Positions 1 to 12,009 of a stretch of DNA of 64,000 nt are shown here, one piece after another. The notes under the pieces were generated by a model that was given only the letters and a program-made list of their open reading frames with translations, was not told where the DNA came from and searched no databases. Source of the DNA: Octopus sinensis (taxonomy: Eukaryota); NCBI RefSeq assembly GCF_006345805.1, contig NC_043000.1, positions 161,820,001 through 161,884,000 on the forward strand, given 5' to 3'. Every line of letters starts with the position of its first letter. Within the stretch, counting starts at the first letter, position 1. Both the position numbers and the translations under genes were made by a program.

Positions 1-885
1 TAGATGACGTCACATGTACTAGGCACTCCTTTCTACATCCGTGTCCGTTATATATATATATATAGTTAAAATATGTCTAAGCTATGAAACAGTTATGTGG
101 TCGCAACAATGTGCCTGCAGTAGTCCCTGCACACTAAAGACAAAACAAAAACTCGAAAGGAAATGACGTTATTTTGGTTTTGTTCCATTTTGATAACATT
201 TCAATAGCGACAGAAAAAAGTTTAACGGTTCCTTTTGCATACATCCGCATACTACATACATATACAGTATTCACATGCATGCACATAAAGATAGGCAAGC
301 ACACATCGTAGAAGAAACAAACCAGTTAAATCTAGATTTTGCTTTTTTATTTTTAATTCAATTAATGTTCCGTTAACTTCTGATGACAATACTGTCGGTG
401 AAAACACTTTACAAAATAGTTTATAGCAACAGAACTAAGCAGCAACTGCCGAATTTCACGGGTATTTAATAATTTCTGTTGATAGTTTGATAGTATGAAA
501 TTATTACATTTTGCTTCAAAAACTTTAAAACCACTTACACACAGTACCATTAGAAACATATTAATGGCCATATCCACAATATTTATTTAAAGAATTACTA
601 TATCCTTCAGTTGGTCTTTTAATGCAAATAGAAAGATGTAATACAAAGTTTGTACAAGGTTCATAAATCTGTTTCGGAGGATGTGTAGATGCCTTATCAG
701 AAGTCAGGGTAGATTAGTCGAGACGAAAATCATCGCGTCTTATCTACCATGACATGTGCAAATGAAATGAGATCCTTCAAGAGCAAAGAAAGCTTCATGA
801 GTTGTAAAGTCCTTCAACTCGTGGTTTCGAATTTACGTTTCTGTTTTGTTTTTTAGCTCTTGTTTCTAAAAACTGCTGTAGAGTA

Positions 886-1210
886 GGCGCAGACGTGCCT
901 ATATGGTAAGAAGTTTGCCTCAACCACATAGTCCTAGGTTTAGTCCCACTGCGTGTCACATTGAGTAGTGCCTTCTGTTACAACCTCGAGCTGACCAAAG
1001 TCTTGAGAGTGGAGTTGGTAAACGGAAACTGAAAGAATCCCATCGTCTTTGTCCGCCCCACCGTTTGACAAGCGGTGTTGGTGTGTTTATGTCCCCGTAA
1101 CTTAGCGATAGAATAAAAAAAAATATCACTGCGGTTGATTCACGTGACTAAACTCCTTCGAGGCGGTGCTCCAGCATGGTCGCAGTCTAATGAGTGAAAC
1201 AAATAAAAGA
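886..1210 (+). mobile_element. tRNA-derived SINE, family A (CORE-like), diverged near-full copy
   Basis: Head GGCGCAGACGTG..TGGTAAG..GGTTTAGTCCCACTGCG, body AAACGGAAACTGAAAGAA, tail GGCGGTGCTCCAGCATGGTCGCAGTC..TGAAACAAATAAAAGA. Matches many other copies in the window (e.g. 53299-53692). Confidence 0.85.
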
Positions 1211-2004
1211 TCAAGATAGGGTCCTACTGAAAAATGCTTATCAAGAGCAACAGAAGCCCATCACCATATAGTAGTGGGACCTTAATTCATGAATAATCCT
1301 TTCTACAATAGACACAAGGCCTGAAATTTGGGTGAGGGGGATAATCGATTATATCGACCCCAGTGTTTTACTGGTACTTAATTTTTGTGTGTGTGTGTGT
1401 TAATGACTAAAATTGTTACCCAAACAGTTCTTTCCCACCCTACCTTTTACCTACAAGTGTTGAAATAAAGAATATCAAATATGATCCAACTACATCGTAT
1501 TCAGTGCGATTCAATGTGCATTTTTAAAGATGATATAGAACTTAAACCAATGTTATTTGCACTGACAATTTCCAGCCAAGATACCGAAGCAGCGTTATGT
1601 GGAGCTAATTCTTTATGCCGTTTATACCGTTTTGCGTATTTTTTAATGAGTATTTCTAAACCCATTAAAAGAGGCTTCTGTGATACTAATTCAAGACAAA
1701 CATTGAGTTGATTTGAGAAAGGCTTGTTCAATATCTTTGGTTTCTACAAGCAGCATGTATCATGACTCTAAATACTGAAAGGTCAGTTGATAATTGTAAG
1801 CCCAACCTGCTGCAAAACTGAAATATCCAAATGAGTATTTTGAAAAACTGCTCGGCTGGTCACGAATCTACCTTCATAGCAGTTTATCGATTTTCTCATG
1901 TTAATTAACAAAACAAACATCCTATCATTTAAAAATTGCATGTTTTTAAAATCCTAATTTTAGAAGATAAATTATGAGAAAGTGGTCATGACAATAATAC
2001 AAGC

Positions 2005-2054
<50 letters not shown>
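2005..2054. repeat. (TA)n microsatellite
   Basis: Direct reading. Confidence 0.95.
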
Positions 2055-2057
<3 letters not shown>

Positions 2058-2245
2058 GATACAACATGAAAACACAAACAGAAAATACAACAACGCGAGG
2101 ACGTGGAACAAGTATAGTATTGTTGGACGCTCAGGAAAGGAAAGAAAGAAGGAGGATTAACGTTTCGAGCGTTAAACATAGTGAAAGGAAAGATCCAAGG
2201 AAGGGAAGACGGAGGAAAAAAAATCACCAATGATACACACGCGGT
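2055..2245 (-). mobile_element. Penelope-like terminal-repeat fragment between (TA)n and (CA)n
   Basis: The minus strand retains GCTCGAAACGTT, the 3' half of a hammerhead-like motif, and CAATACTATACTTGTTCCACGTCCTCGCGTTG, which recurs on + at ~24412-24450. Confidence 0.55.
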
Positions 2246-2247
2246 CA

Positions 2248-2269
2248 CACACACACACACACACACATA

Positions 2270-2323
<54 letters not shown>
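2248..2323. repeat. (CA)n microsatellite
   Basis: Direct reading. Confidence 0.95.
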
Positions 2324-2325
<2 letters not shown>

Positions 2326-2355
2326 GACAGGACGCTGGTCCGTCGCAGGAATATT

Positions 2356-2440
2356 CATTTTTGCCAGTTGGGTGGAGTGGAGGAACTTGAAATGAAATAT
2401 CTTGCTCAAGAACACAAAGCATCGTCCGGTCCAGGAATTG
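2356..2440 (-). mobile_element. SINE family C fragment
   Basis: TTTGCCAG..TGAAAT..CTTGCTCAAGAACACAA..CCGGTCCAGGAA matches the copies at 39889-40155 and 47134-47393. Confidence 0.75.
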
Positions 2441-2494
2441 TGCCTCTACACACGCACGCGCATAAACACACATATATATATATATATTTATATA

Positions 2495-2637
2495 TTCTTA
2501 TTTTTTTTACTTGTTTTAATACCTTGACTGTGGCCATGCTGGTACCCCGTCTTAAAGGATTTTAGTCGAAGAAATCGACCCCAGAACTTATTCTTTGTAA
2601 GCCTAGCATTTATTCTATCGGTCGTTTTTACCGAACC
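2495..2637 (-). mobile_element. SINE family A 3' half
   Basis: TTTTACTTG..GACTGTGGCCATGCTGG..TTATTCTTTGTAAGCCTAG..ATTCTATCGGT, the reverse complement of the family A tail. Confidence 0.85.
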
Positions 2638-2642
2638 CCTAT

Positions 2643-2731
<89 letters not shown>

Positions 2732-2732
2732 C

Positions 2733-2822
<90 letters not shown>
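2643..2822. repeat. (GATA)n/(GACA)n tetranucleotide microsatellite
   Basis: Direct reading. Confidence 0.97.
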
Positions 2823-2935
2823 TTCAAAAGGCAAACGTTTTGGCAAGACTTGACAAGAACATTTAATTTATAAATATAATAAAAATGTTTACATAATCTC
2901 CAACAGTCTGTCCCTAGTGGGATCCAGACTCCCAT

Positions 2936-4067
2936 CCCTTGGACAAAACTCTTTATATAAAATGCGAAAGCAGACAAAACCCCCTCGGCTATATATTTTG
3001 GTTATTTTTCTTTTTTTCGTTTTTTTTATTTATACTTGTTGCAGTCATTAAACTGTGGCCATGCTGGGACATCGCCACGAGGAATTTTTAGTCGACTGCC
3101 TCTCGATTCGATTCCAGAATTTCTTTCATTCTCTAACTTATTTCAGTTGTTACACTGCGGCCATGCTGAAGCACCGCCTTGAAGAATTTTTAGTCGCAGA
3201 GAATTCAAGAGTTTTATAATTTAAATTTAAAGTCTTCTGTCTTCTTCTCTCTGCGCTTAAATGAGATTAATGAGAATGAGCTGACCTTCTGACCTTTCTT
3301 CGGCCGTTGAAGGTTTAACAGAGCTATGGCGCCGAAGGCCAGTCGTTCAACCGTACTTCTTATCGTTTCTATCTTTCTGTGCATTTTTTAAAGTAGATAT
3401 TTACCTTTTTGTTATTAAAGAGTCTTGTGCTCTGTTATTCTATTCTACTTATTTATTTTCAATTGAATATATTTTTACTAACTTAAAAATTGGTATTTTG
3501 GAAAATAAAAGATTTTTTTTATTACAACTGCAATTTCCGTTTTCGTTTACGTAAAATTATTTTAAAAATTTCAAGAGATTCGGCTGTTATTTCTAGCATG
3601 TAGAGAAACCTTCTAGGCTTAACTTCATGCACTGGTTGAAAATCACCTAAAAGAATTTCTGGGATCGATACATTCGACTAAAAATTCTTCAAGGAAGTGC
3701 CCCAGTATGGCCGCAGTCTACTGATTTAAGGAAAAAAAAACGAAATATATCACAGAGGTGGTTTTGACCAGGCTTTAAAAAAAATTGGGGGTTCCATACA
3801 GTCGTCTAAGAATTCTTCAAGGTGTTGCCCCAGCATGACCGCAGTCTAATAACTGCAACAAGTAAAAATGAAGAAAAAATTCTGGGGTCGATACGTTCAA
3901 CTAAAAATTCTACAAAGCGGAACCCAGCAGGGCCACAGTCTAATGACTGAAACAAGTAAAACGGGGCATAAAAAAAAAAAACCAAAAATAACCGAAAAAT
4001 ATAACCGAGGAGGTTTTGTCCGCTTTCACACTTTAACTATGAGGGTTTTGTCCGAGGGGGTTTTGTC
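2936..4067. mobile_element. Putative foldback/non-autonomous DNA element with ~75-bp imperfect inverted arms
   Basis: The reverse complement of 2936-3009 (AAAAATAACCAAAATATATAGCCGAGGGGGTTTTGTCTGCTTTCGCA..AGAGTTTTGTCCAAGGG) aligns with 3984-4067 (AAAAATAACCGAAAAATATAACCGAGGAGGTTTTGTCCGCTTTCACA..GAGGGTTTTGTCCGAGGG). Confidence 0.6.
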
Positions 4068-5184
4068 CGAGGGGGTTTTGTCCTAGGGGAGTCATGTCCT
4101 ACATTGTTTTCTAGAATATCCCAGCTTTTGGAACATCGTGTAGGGCGAGGATTTCATTGGCCGAGTATACCGTCATCGGAGAGAGATAGGTTGAACATAT
4201 GTAATAGTTGACGAATATATATATATATATATATATAAATATATATATATATAATTCCTCATAAATGATACTACTGTGGTTCATTTTGTCTAGAAAGTGG
4301 AGGAGAAATCTAGTTAAAAATAAGAAAAATGTATGTTTAGCAGTTCCAATGCTGGACTGAAAGGAAGAATAAGTGTAGTGCACTATAATGGGATGAAGAT
4401 AGGCAGAAGGATGTTCTGCATTAGATATATACTAATCAGTATAGTGAGGGGGGGTGCAAAGACAGATGGATAGGGGATGAAGAAAAGCAGGTGTCAGACC
4501 TACAGGTTGGGTAGCAATAAGAGGGGGATTGAGGGGATAATAAAGAGGTCGTAAAAAAGATGTCTCTTTATTAGCTGAACACAGAGGGGACAAATTACGA
4601 AGTAGGGCTTAAGTCTGATGTAGCAGGTGGTCTAATATTACCAGAGGGGAAGGCTAGCTTGGTTGTTGTCATAGTGCTAGAAATAGATGCCATACTAGCA
4701 AACAAAAGATTTAAAATTTAAAATTTAAAACCAAAAGTAAAATTAGAAATACAAAATATAAAAAAAAAGACATCCATGGTGTTAATGAACCTTTATTTCT
4801 ATTGAGAATCAAGGGATGAAATTAAATGAAACGTAAGTCCAATGATAGTCGAGGGTAAATATAGATATAGATAAACAATTAAATGGATAGAGCAGGGACG
4901 TTTAATTAGTAAAAAAAGTATGAAAGGACGGGATGATTATGTGGGACTCATTAAATCCTAATTTGGCTCGGAGCAGTGAGCAGAAAGGCCTAGTCGTATT
5001 CTATTAAACACGAGGGTGCTGTAACAGAGAGGAAATTATTAGTTATACTTTGAGTGTGCAAATAATGGAGGGGATGAAGATCTACGAAGAAAGGATAAGA
5101 AATAGAGCTATGATAGATATACCAAATAGGTTGTATGCCTATGCTAAATGTTAGTGATAATACAAAATGTTAGCTTTTTTACAC

Positions 5185-5720
5185 TTAGACCTGTGGAAAA
5201 GTCTGAAAGACCGAAAGAATTTGTGTATACTCGTGGAGAAGGCTACGTACTGTATATTGAAAGGTATGCGTTCGCAATCCAGAAACAGGAAATAACTACA
5301 GAATTCCTGATGCTCAAAGGGGACAGAAACACAGGAAAAACATTGAAATGTGATAATTGATGCAACCTTCGTGGAGTTAACACCGAAGATATCACCCACG
5401 CCATAAGCAGTTGTCTGAAAACGTCATCGCGTTGAATTCTACGAATGAACCGTGGTATTGTGAGCGAGACCAAAGATACAATAATCCACAGTGTGAGACC
5501 ATAACCACAGTAAAAAAACAAACTAAACATGGTGATTTGGGACGAAGGACGAGGGAAGAGAAACTATGTACAGTAATGGAGTTCAGCTGTTCAGTAGGTG
5601 TAAACTTGGAGCTAAAAGTCAGCAAAAAGAAAATATCTACACTGAACTATTGAGAAATTTACAGCTACTTCATCCAGATTACAAGTTCAGATTTTTACCC
5701 GCAATTATCGGAGCACAATG
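5185..5720 (+). mobile_element. R4/Dong-like non-LTR retrotransposon relic (CCHC knuckle + restriction-like endonuclease)
   Basis: Decayed frames read ERYAFAIQKQEI, CNLRGVNTEDITHAISSC, MVIWD, CTVMEFSCSVGVN and ELLRNLQLLHPDYKFRFLPAIIGA. Homologous to 7770-8420. Confidence 0.85.
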
Positions 5721-6894
5721 ATATATTAGGTCGTCAAGTATGAAATTTGTAGAAAAGAAAAAAAGTTTGCTAATGTTTTATAAATACAAGGAATAGTTTT
5801 ATTCATCAAAGTATGTACCCAAATTGTCAATACACTTTTGCCATTTCAGCGGTAGCTTGTCCAGCCTTGAACTGTAAAAGCCTGGCAATCTAGAGTCAAT
5901 AAAATCTTGGAAGGCCTGTTTTGTAGCATCGTCAGAATAAAATTTTTTTTCCTATCAAAATGTTATCCAAATTCTAAAAGTGGTAGTCAGTGGGTGCGAG
6001 ATTTGTGAGTATGGTGGATGATGGAATTCCAACACAAACTCCTGTAGTTTCGGAGCCTTTCACGGCTATACACACATACATACACACATGCCCTCTCATT
6101 TATCATAGTAAGTATATATGGCTTCTAATGAGCGAAATCTACATAACTGAAGATTCTTTATCTAGCAAATATAAATTCTTTGACTATTATTGGTCAATTG
6201 CTCACACTTTAAGTTCTGGAAAACATCTATGTAAAAGGAACCAGTTTGAATTACTTTCCCCTTAAATTACTAAATTCAGATTCTAAATCACATCATTCTT
6301 GGTTAAGCAGCGAATGTCATCTTGACCTCGAGAGCTTTTGCGAAAGTTGTTACTTTAAAAGTCAGTTAACTCTAAGCAGCCAAAAGATGTTTTTATCTAT
6401 TTATGCTGCAATCAAGAGACAAATAAAGAATATGTTATTCTAAACAATGGAACCATTTGTTGTGAAAAGGTGATATAAAGGTGTGCATTTGAAACTTGGT
6501 GCCATGCAGCAAGCACATTATGAGAACTACAGGCACTTATCATCAACTACTATCATCGATTCCACCGCGATTACAGTAAAATTGCATAATGAAATCAGTC
6601 AAAGAACAGACCTAGGGATTCTTTCAAAATGACATATATGGTAACTGCTTATCCTTTCACAATAACTAAATATAAAAATAAAAAACTTATATTGCTCATA
6701 TTTTATTAATTTTTTCCTCATATGTACCTTATAAGAATACAATAATAGGGAAACTGCTGCCATGGCTGTGCATTTAAGAAATTCGCAACACAAACCAAAG
6801 CACTTTGAACAGATGTTTTCTCGATAATCTCGAGTCGAGTAAAGACATGCAAGCGAAATTTGGTAGACGGGAACTATGCATACATATATATAGA

Positions 6895-8523
6895 CAGACA
6901 AAGAAAAATAAGGCAATCCGAACTCTCCTCTTACAAGACATTATCTCACAATTGTTTGCAGTACCAGTGCTGATTCCAACATTTGAGATACTCGACTCGT
7001 TTGTAGAAAAAATTCACTCTATAGACATAACCATCAAGATTCTAACATCAACTGGAAATCTCCACAAAAATAGTGATATCGATAGCCTCTACCTAGGAAG
7101 AGACAAAGGAGTCAGGGGCTTGACAGCCTTCGAATGTCGCATAGTCTCTCTCAGACAACACTTGCTAAACAACAACAACAAAAACAAATACATTAATTTA
7201 GTGCTAAAAAGTGAAGAAAATAATATCCTATATGCTGGAAGTGGGCTCCTCAGGAAGTACTTTCTTTCTGTTGACCTCTCATACGACCCCAAATCAACCG
7301 AACAAACATACCTTAAATAAGACCTGGAAGTGAAACGCTCAGCATACCAAAAGACCATGCATGGCTATGTTTTTCGTGAAGTTGAAGAAGATAGTAACAT
7401 TAACATGGAACAAAACCTCTCTTGGACTCTGGACTGCTACATCACGTCAGTGGGGGAACATGGCCTAGTGGTTAGAGCAGCGGACTCGTGGTCGAGGGAT
7501 CACGGGTTCGAATCTCAGACCGATGTGTGTGTTTATGAGCAAAACACCTAAGCTCCACGCGGCTCAAGCAGAAGGTAATGGCGAACTTCTGCTGACTCTT
7601 TCGCCACAACTTTCTCTCACTCTTTCCTCCTGCATCTTGCAGCTCACCTGCGACGGACCGGCGTCCTGTTCAGGTGGGGAACCTATATGCCAAGGAAACC
7701 GGGAAACCGACCCTTATGTGCCAGGCATGGCTCGAGAAGGAACAAGAAGGAACAAACATCACGTCACAGTTTTAAATCTATGCCTTTGCAGTCCAAGAAC
7801 AGGAGATTGCTGCTAAATATCTAATCAACAAAAGAGATAGTGTAGCCCTTGGAATGCAATGATGCAACCGCGAATGTAGATTATGTCATATTCCTTTTGA
7901 AGACATTACACATATGATTAGCAGTTGCCCAAAAGTGTCCTCCCTATGCGACATGACGTTGTCGCACAAATAACATACAAGACCAATTGGATAAAAGACT
8001 GTCCTGGAATAAATATAGAGAATCCCCCTGTTATGGAATACGCACAAAAATACCAGCACTAGGAATACTGGTGGAACATTCCCATCAAAACACCTGTCAA
8101 TTGTAGACAAGGAAAGTATATGCCTTCAGAGAGGTCAGCTATCCTGCTGATGTGAATATCTCTTTGAAAATCAAAGAGAAACGACATAATTATGAACAAC
8201 TGCTTCGAAACTTCCAGCTTCTATATCCGGATAACAAATTTGCATTTATACTAATGATAATTGGAGCAGCACTCGGTTTTGTGAGTAAATGCCTAACTCT
8301 CAGTTTGGATAAGTTTAATTTTTTTTTTTTAAATCATATAACTGATTCGCACATTACAAATACCATCTGTTAAGTGGAACAATAAAAGTATGCCAGACTT
8401 TTCACAGGTTTAAAATGTGACATTGTTTTCGTTAACTACATTGCAAAGATGGAGCTTTGCAACTTTGTCAGAAACCAGCTCCTTCAGAAGAAGAAGAACT
8501 TAAATGATTGAATACAGAAGAGA
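6895..8523 (+). mobile_element. R4/Dong-like non-LTR retrotransposon, 5'-truncated (RT thumb to RLE and 3' UTR), interrupted by a SINE
   Basis: NKAI..FAVPVLIPTFEILD..HKNSDIDSLYLGRDKGVRGL (RT thumb), YAFAVQEQEIAAKYL, CRLCHIPFEDITHMISSC (7875-7928), YPADVNISLKIKEK..LLRNFQLLYPD..IIGA. Stop at ~8420, then ~100 nt of UTR and (CATA)n. Confidence 0.9.
7450..7755 (+). mobile_element. tRNA-derived SINE family C, full length, 11-bp TSD
   Basis: Head GTGG..TGGCCTAGTGGTTAGAGCAGCGGACTC..GGGTTCGAATCTCAGACCG (A/B boxes). TSD ACATCACGTCA at 7439-7449 and 7756-7766. Confidence 0.92.
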
Positions 8524-8634
8524 CATACATACATATATGCATACATACATACACACACGCACACACACATACATACATACATACATACATACATACATAC
8601 ATACATACATACATACATACATACATACATACAT
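8524..8634. repeat. (CATA)n microsatellite at the 3' end of the R4-like element
   Basis: Direct reading. Confidence 0.95.
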
Positions 8635-11311
8635 CATGTAAAAGAGGATGAAAGCAATTTACGATTAAATGTAGGATCAACAGTCATGAAAAGCATAAAA
8701 ATTTGACAAGACTTTCCTGAATAAGTAAATGCTTCAAAAGAGGTAAATTATACACCCATGTAACCCTTATTTTTCCCCATAACAGTTTTCGGATTTCTTT
8801 ATTCTGAACATCGGAGATTCTGATGCTGGAGAAACCAAATTTTCGAAAGTTAATTTTGCCTCCATCACCACAATTTTTACTGAGAACATATATAACGCTT
8901 CATCTTGAGTGAATCCTTGTGGAATCACATGAAAAGGAAATTTGAAAGAATGTTTTGTACTCGAAAAGAAATGTTTGAGTCTTGCATTTTCAAATTTTTG
9001 TGACATGATGAAATGAAGCAAGAGCCAGGAAATTGCTTCTATTCAAAATTTCTCCTGATTGTTATATGCCATTATATCATGTAGAAAGTAATCGTAGTTG
9101 TCTTCCTTTTTAGATTGTGACAGTTCATGTTTCTTATTGATTTTATAAAGCAATTCTTATGATCATTACATTATTTGTATGTTATAGTACTGTTTATTTA
9201 CTGTAATTGGAGTTAAATAAATTCGTAATATAGTTTACAAACGTGATAAAGAAATATGATACAGTCGTGTATCCCTCTTGTCTGAAACCTAACGTTTAGT
9301 GTAAATTGTAAAACACATTTTCAAAAAATACAGCGTTATGTATGGTGTCGGTAAATGAAAACTAAAATTCTGGATTTTAAAAATATATCGTTTATTTTTT
9401 AGCACAATCGGTTGGTACTTTCTATAATGCCGGATTTTACATACTTTTCACTACCCTGACAAATTAATTGACGTCATCAATTTGGCTAAGAGCTTTGTTA
9501 CTGGGAGTGGCTCTAAATCATGCTAGTGTTTCCAGCTATCGCCTTTTCTGTTTTTTTACATATTTTATTTATTTACTTTTTAGTTTTGGTTTTCTCCTGT
9601 CATTCATATTAACTTTTGGCGCAAAATATTTGAATCGAATCCTAGAGCCTCATTCTTCTACTGAATAACTCTTATAGCTAAAGGAAGACTATCTACTAAA
9701 GATCTCACGCAACCGGTCATATACAATTCTCCCTCTGCTTTTGTAGTTATACTGCAGAAAATATGCCGACACTAATAAAGAAAAATAGTTTTCATGTCGA
9801 TTAAAACAACTTTTCTTCACGTTTCCAACAGAACTTTTTTTTAACGAACTATTTTATCTACGATGCTAATTTTTACTTCTTTGAAATTCTACGCTCTTGG
9901 ACATTTTTTTTTTTTTTTTTTTTGCTGTCTGTTCCTTATCTGCAACATCTAACTGCGTATATTTCTTGCATTACATTCTTCAACTTTATCCACGTTTTTT
10001 TGTCAGCTTTTATTTAATATCATAAAAATCGTCAGTATTCAACTAAAATAGTGATCACGATGGGATTTGTGTGTGTAACAAAGGGGGAAATAGACAATGA
10101 TGAAAAGATGTATTTCAACGATGAAACTTTACAAGTCGTTGCTCCGAATTTCTCATTCCGGTCATTGGACAATTATGAAACATGGAAGCTAAGAAAGATT
10201 CCGAAATAGATACAGAGTATGCACATAAATGGGCGAGTGTAACTGCATATATAAACGTACAAATATAAAGGCAAAAAACAGAATATTTCAAAATGAATCA
10301 TAAGTGACAGTAAAAGCAAAGGGAAATTATTAAACATGAAAATAATGAAAAGGCATCATGAAAATTTTTAATGAAAATAGACTGAAAATGCATACTTGCA
10401 AGATAGCCAACCATGAACGGTGAATAATTCGAAGCATTAAAAATATAGAAATTATATTTTTAAAATTTTAAATAGAAGGAATTGAGGAAGATGTCAATAG
10501 ATAGCGGCAAAGGATCTAATTGTTTAGAGAGATATCATGGTGATTAACTACTTGTGGGTAGATTACTATAAGGCAAATATTTAGAAGCGTGTCTGCAAGA
10601 TCTTAAAAAGTTTAGGTTTGTCGTCTACTACATGCTAGTCTTGAGATGAAATGAAAATCTTCTCACTTAAACACAGTAAAAGAGTAAAGAGAGAGAGCTT
10701 ACAAGGTAAGTCTGAACGGAAGGATCCATAAATACGAATTAGATTCTTTCAAAGCTATATATTTTGGTCAAAATATCTTCTCTGGATACTTGAAGGAATT
10801 GATATGCTAGTAAAAACATATCGAAGAGACGATAATTATTTGATGTAATGAATTTACAAGAGAAGACAAACAGAATCACTGCTCTAAGAGGGATTTCTTT
10901 TTTTTGAACTGTAAAAATCATACTTTTTACAGCAAGAATAGCAGATTTTAATTGTGATTCTGTTTAAGATCGTATGATATCCATGATTCGTTGGAAAAGG
11001 ACAAGAAATTAAATTGTAGAAATATTTGTTCTTACAGTTTAATCAAAAGTTGGATTATAGCACGGGGTATTTCTTTGTCTAATTTTACTAATGTAAACTA
11101 ATTTTTCATAGCAGAATTTTTAAAGTGACATCCTAAAAATTATCAACGATAAGATTCCTCTTTCATTAAATGAGATATTTCCTTAGCTTTTCTAATTCCT
11201 GACTATTCATATTAACCAAGACTAAAAGGCTGTCAACTAACTCTATGTCATCTCGTAAAGTAGGGCTTTTTATGCTATGGGTCTAAGATGTAATTTCTCA
11301 TTTCTCTTGAA

Positions 11312-11344
11312 GTATGTATGTATGTATGTATGTATGTATGTATG

Positions 11345-11374
<30 letters not shown>
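11312..11374. repeat. (TATG)n microsatellite
   Basis: Direct reading. Abuts the 3' UTR of the minus-strand R4-like copy. Confidence 0.97.
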
Positions 11375-11375
<1 letters not shown>

Positions 11376-11990
11376 GTCGCTTTCTCTTAATTTCTAGTTC
11401 ATTTTTGAACGGTCACCTTCCCGGTTGCACGGTTGTAAAGAAAAAGGAATTGTAATCGTCTCTTGTGTAAGTATTTATCCTTTGAACTGTAAGAACGTTT
11501 TACAAATTTTGAAGTTTCCGAGTATCGTAGCCGTTTATAGCTTTTGAATTAAGAAGCTACATTCTTTCTTCACAAGTCCAAGTTCAGTTATTCTTTGGCG
11601 CAGGTAGGCTGGTATATAACCTGTAACTTCCACAATAACAGGAATCAGTCTGAATATATATCCTGGATACTGGATTTGTAAACTCTTCATCAATACTCCG
11701 TAGGTATCCTTCTTCTCTCGTATTTTTCATAAACATTGACATCAAATGGGCAGCTGATTTCTGCGGCTGATCATCTTCTTTAAAGTATAGTCCCAAACAG
11801 CAACATCAGGCCGATTGTGTTTTAATTCGGTGGCAGTTTTCATTTCTAGCTTCCACCAGCATATCTTCGAGCCATCACTCTCAACATACTCCTCTCTACT
11901 TGATTTGATCTTCAATCTTCTGCAATGCATTCCATATCATTCTACTTAAACACATTATGCCTCATAGGTTGGCAGCAACAAGACAGACAT
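11375..11990 (-). mobile_element. R4/Dong-like RLE retrotransposon 3' end (divergent subfamily)
   Basis: Minus frames: PMRHNV..IWNAL, CWWKLEMKTATELKHNRPDVAVWD, AEISCPFDVNVYEK..EKKDTYGVLMKSLQIQYPGYIFRLIPVIVEVTGYIP..ELGL..KICKTFLQFKG*. Confidence 0.88.
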
Positions 11991-12009
11991 ATGTATGTAT
12001 GTATGTTAC

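Noticed and set aside
370-420. CTGATGA...GAAA resembling a hammerhead core
   Set aside because: No credible stem II, stem III or stem I pairing.
1481-1900. Opposing 76-aa ORFs and a minus-strand DIEQAFL resembling an RT motif
   Set aside because: Single short motif with surrounding stops; cannot be assigned to BEL or LINE RT or to a host exon.
1946-2977. ORFs rich in CV, HT, YI and SIYL repeats
   Set aside because: Translations of (TG)n, (CA)n, (TA)n and (GATA)n microsatellites.
6246-6560. Possible extra R4-like remnant (SWLSSE..IYAAIKRQI)
   Set aside because: Only a vague resemblance to the FAIQEQ region; insufficient evidence.
7450-7525. tRNA-like sequences here and at 54135/54670 and the SINE A heads
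   Set aside because: They continue into SINE bodies with TSDs or tails and lack a full cloverleaf; these are SINE heads, not tRNA genes.
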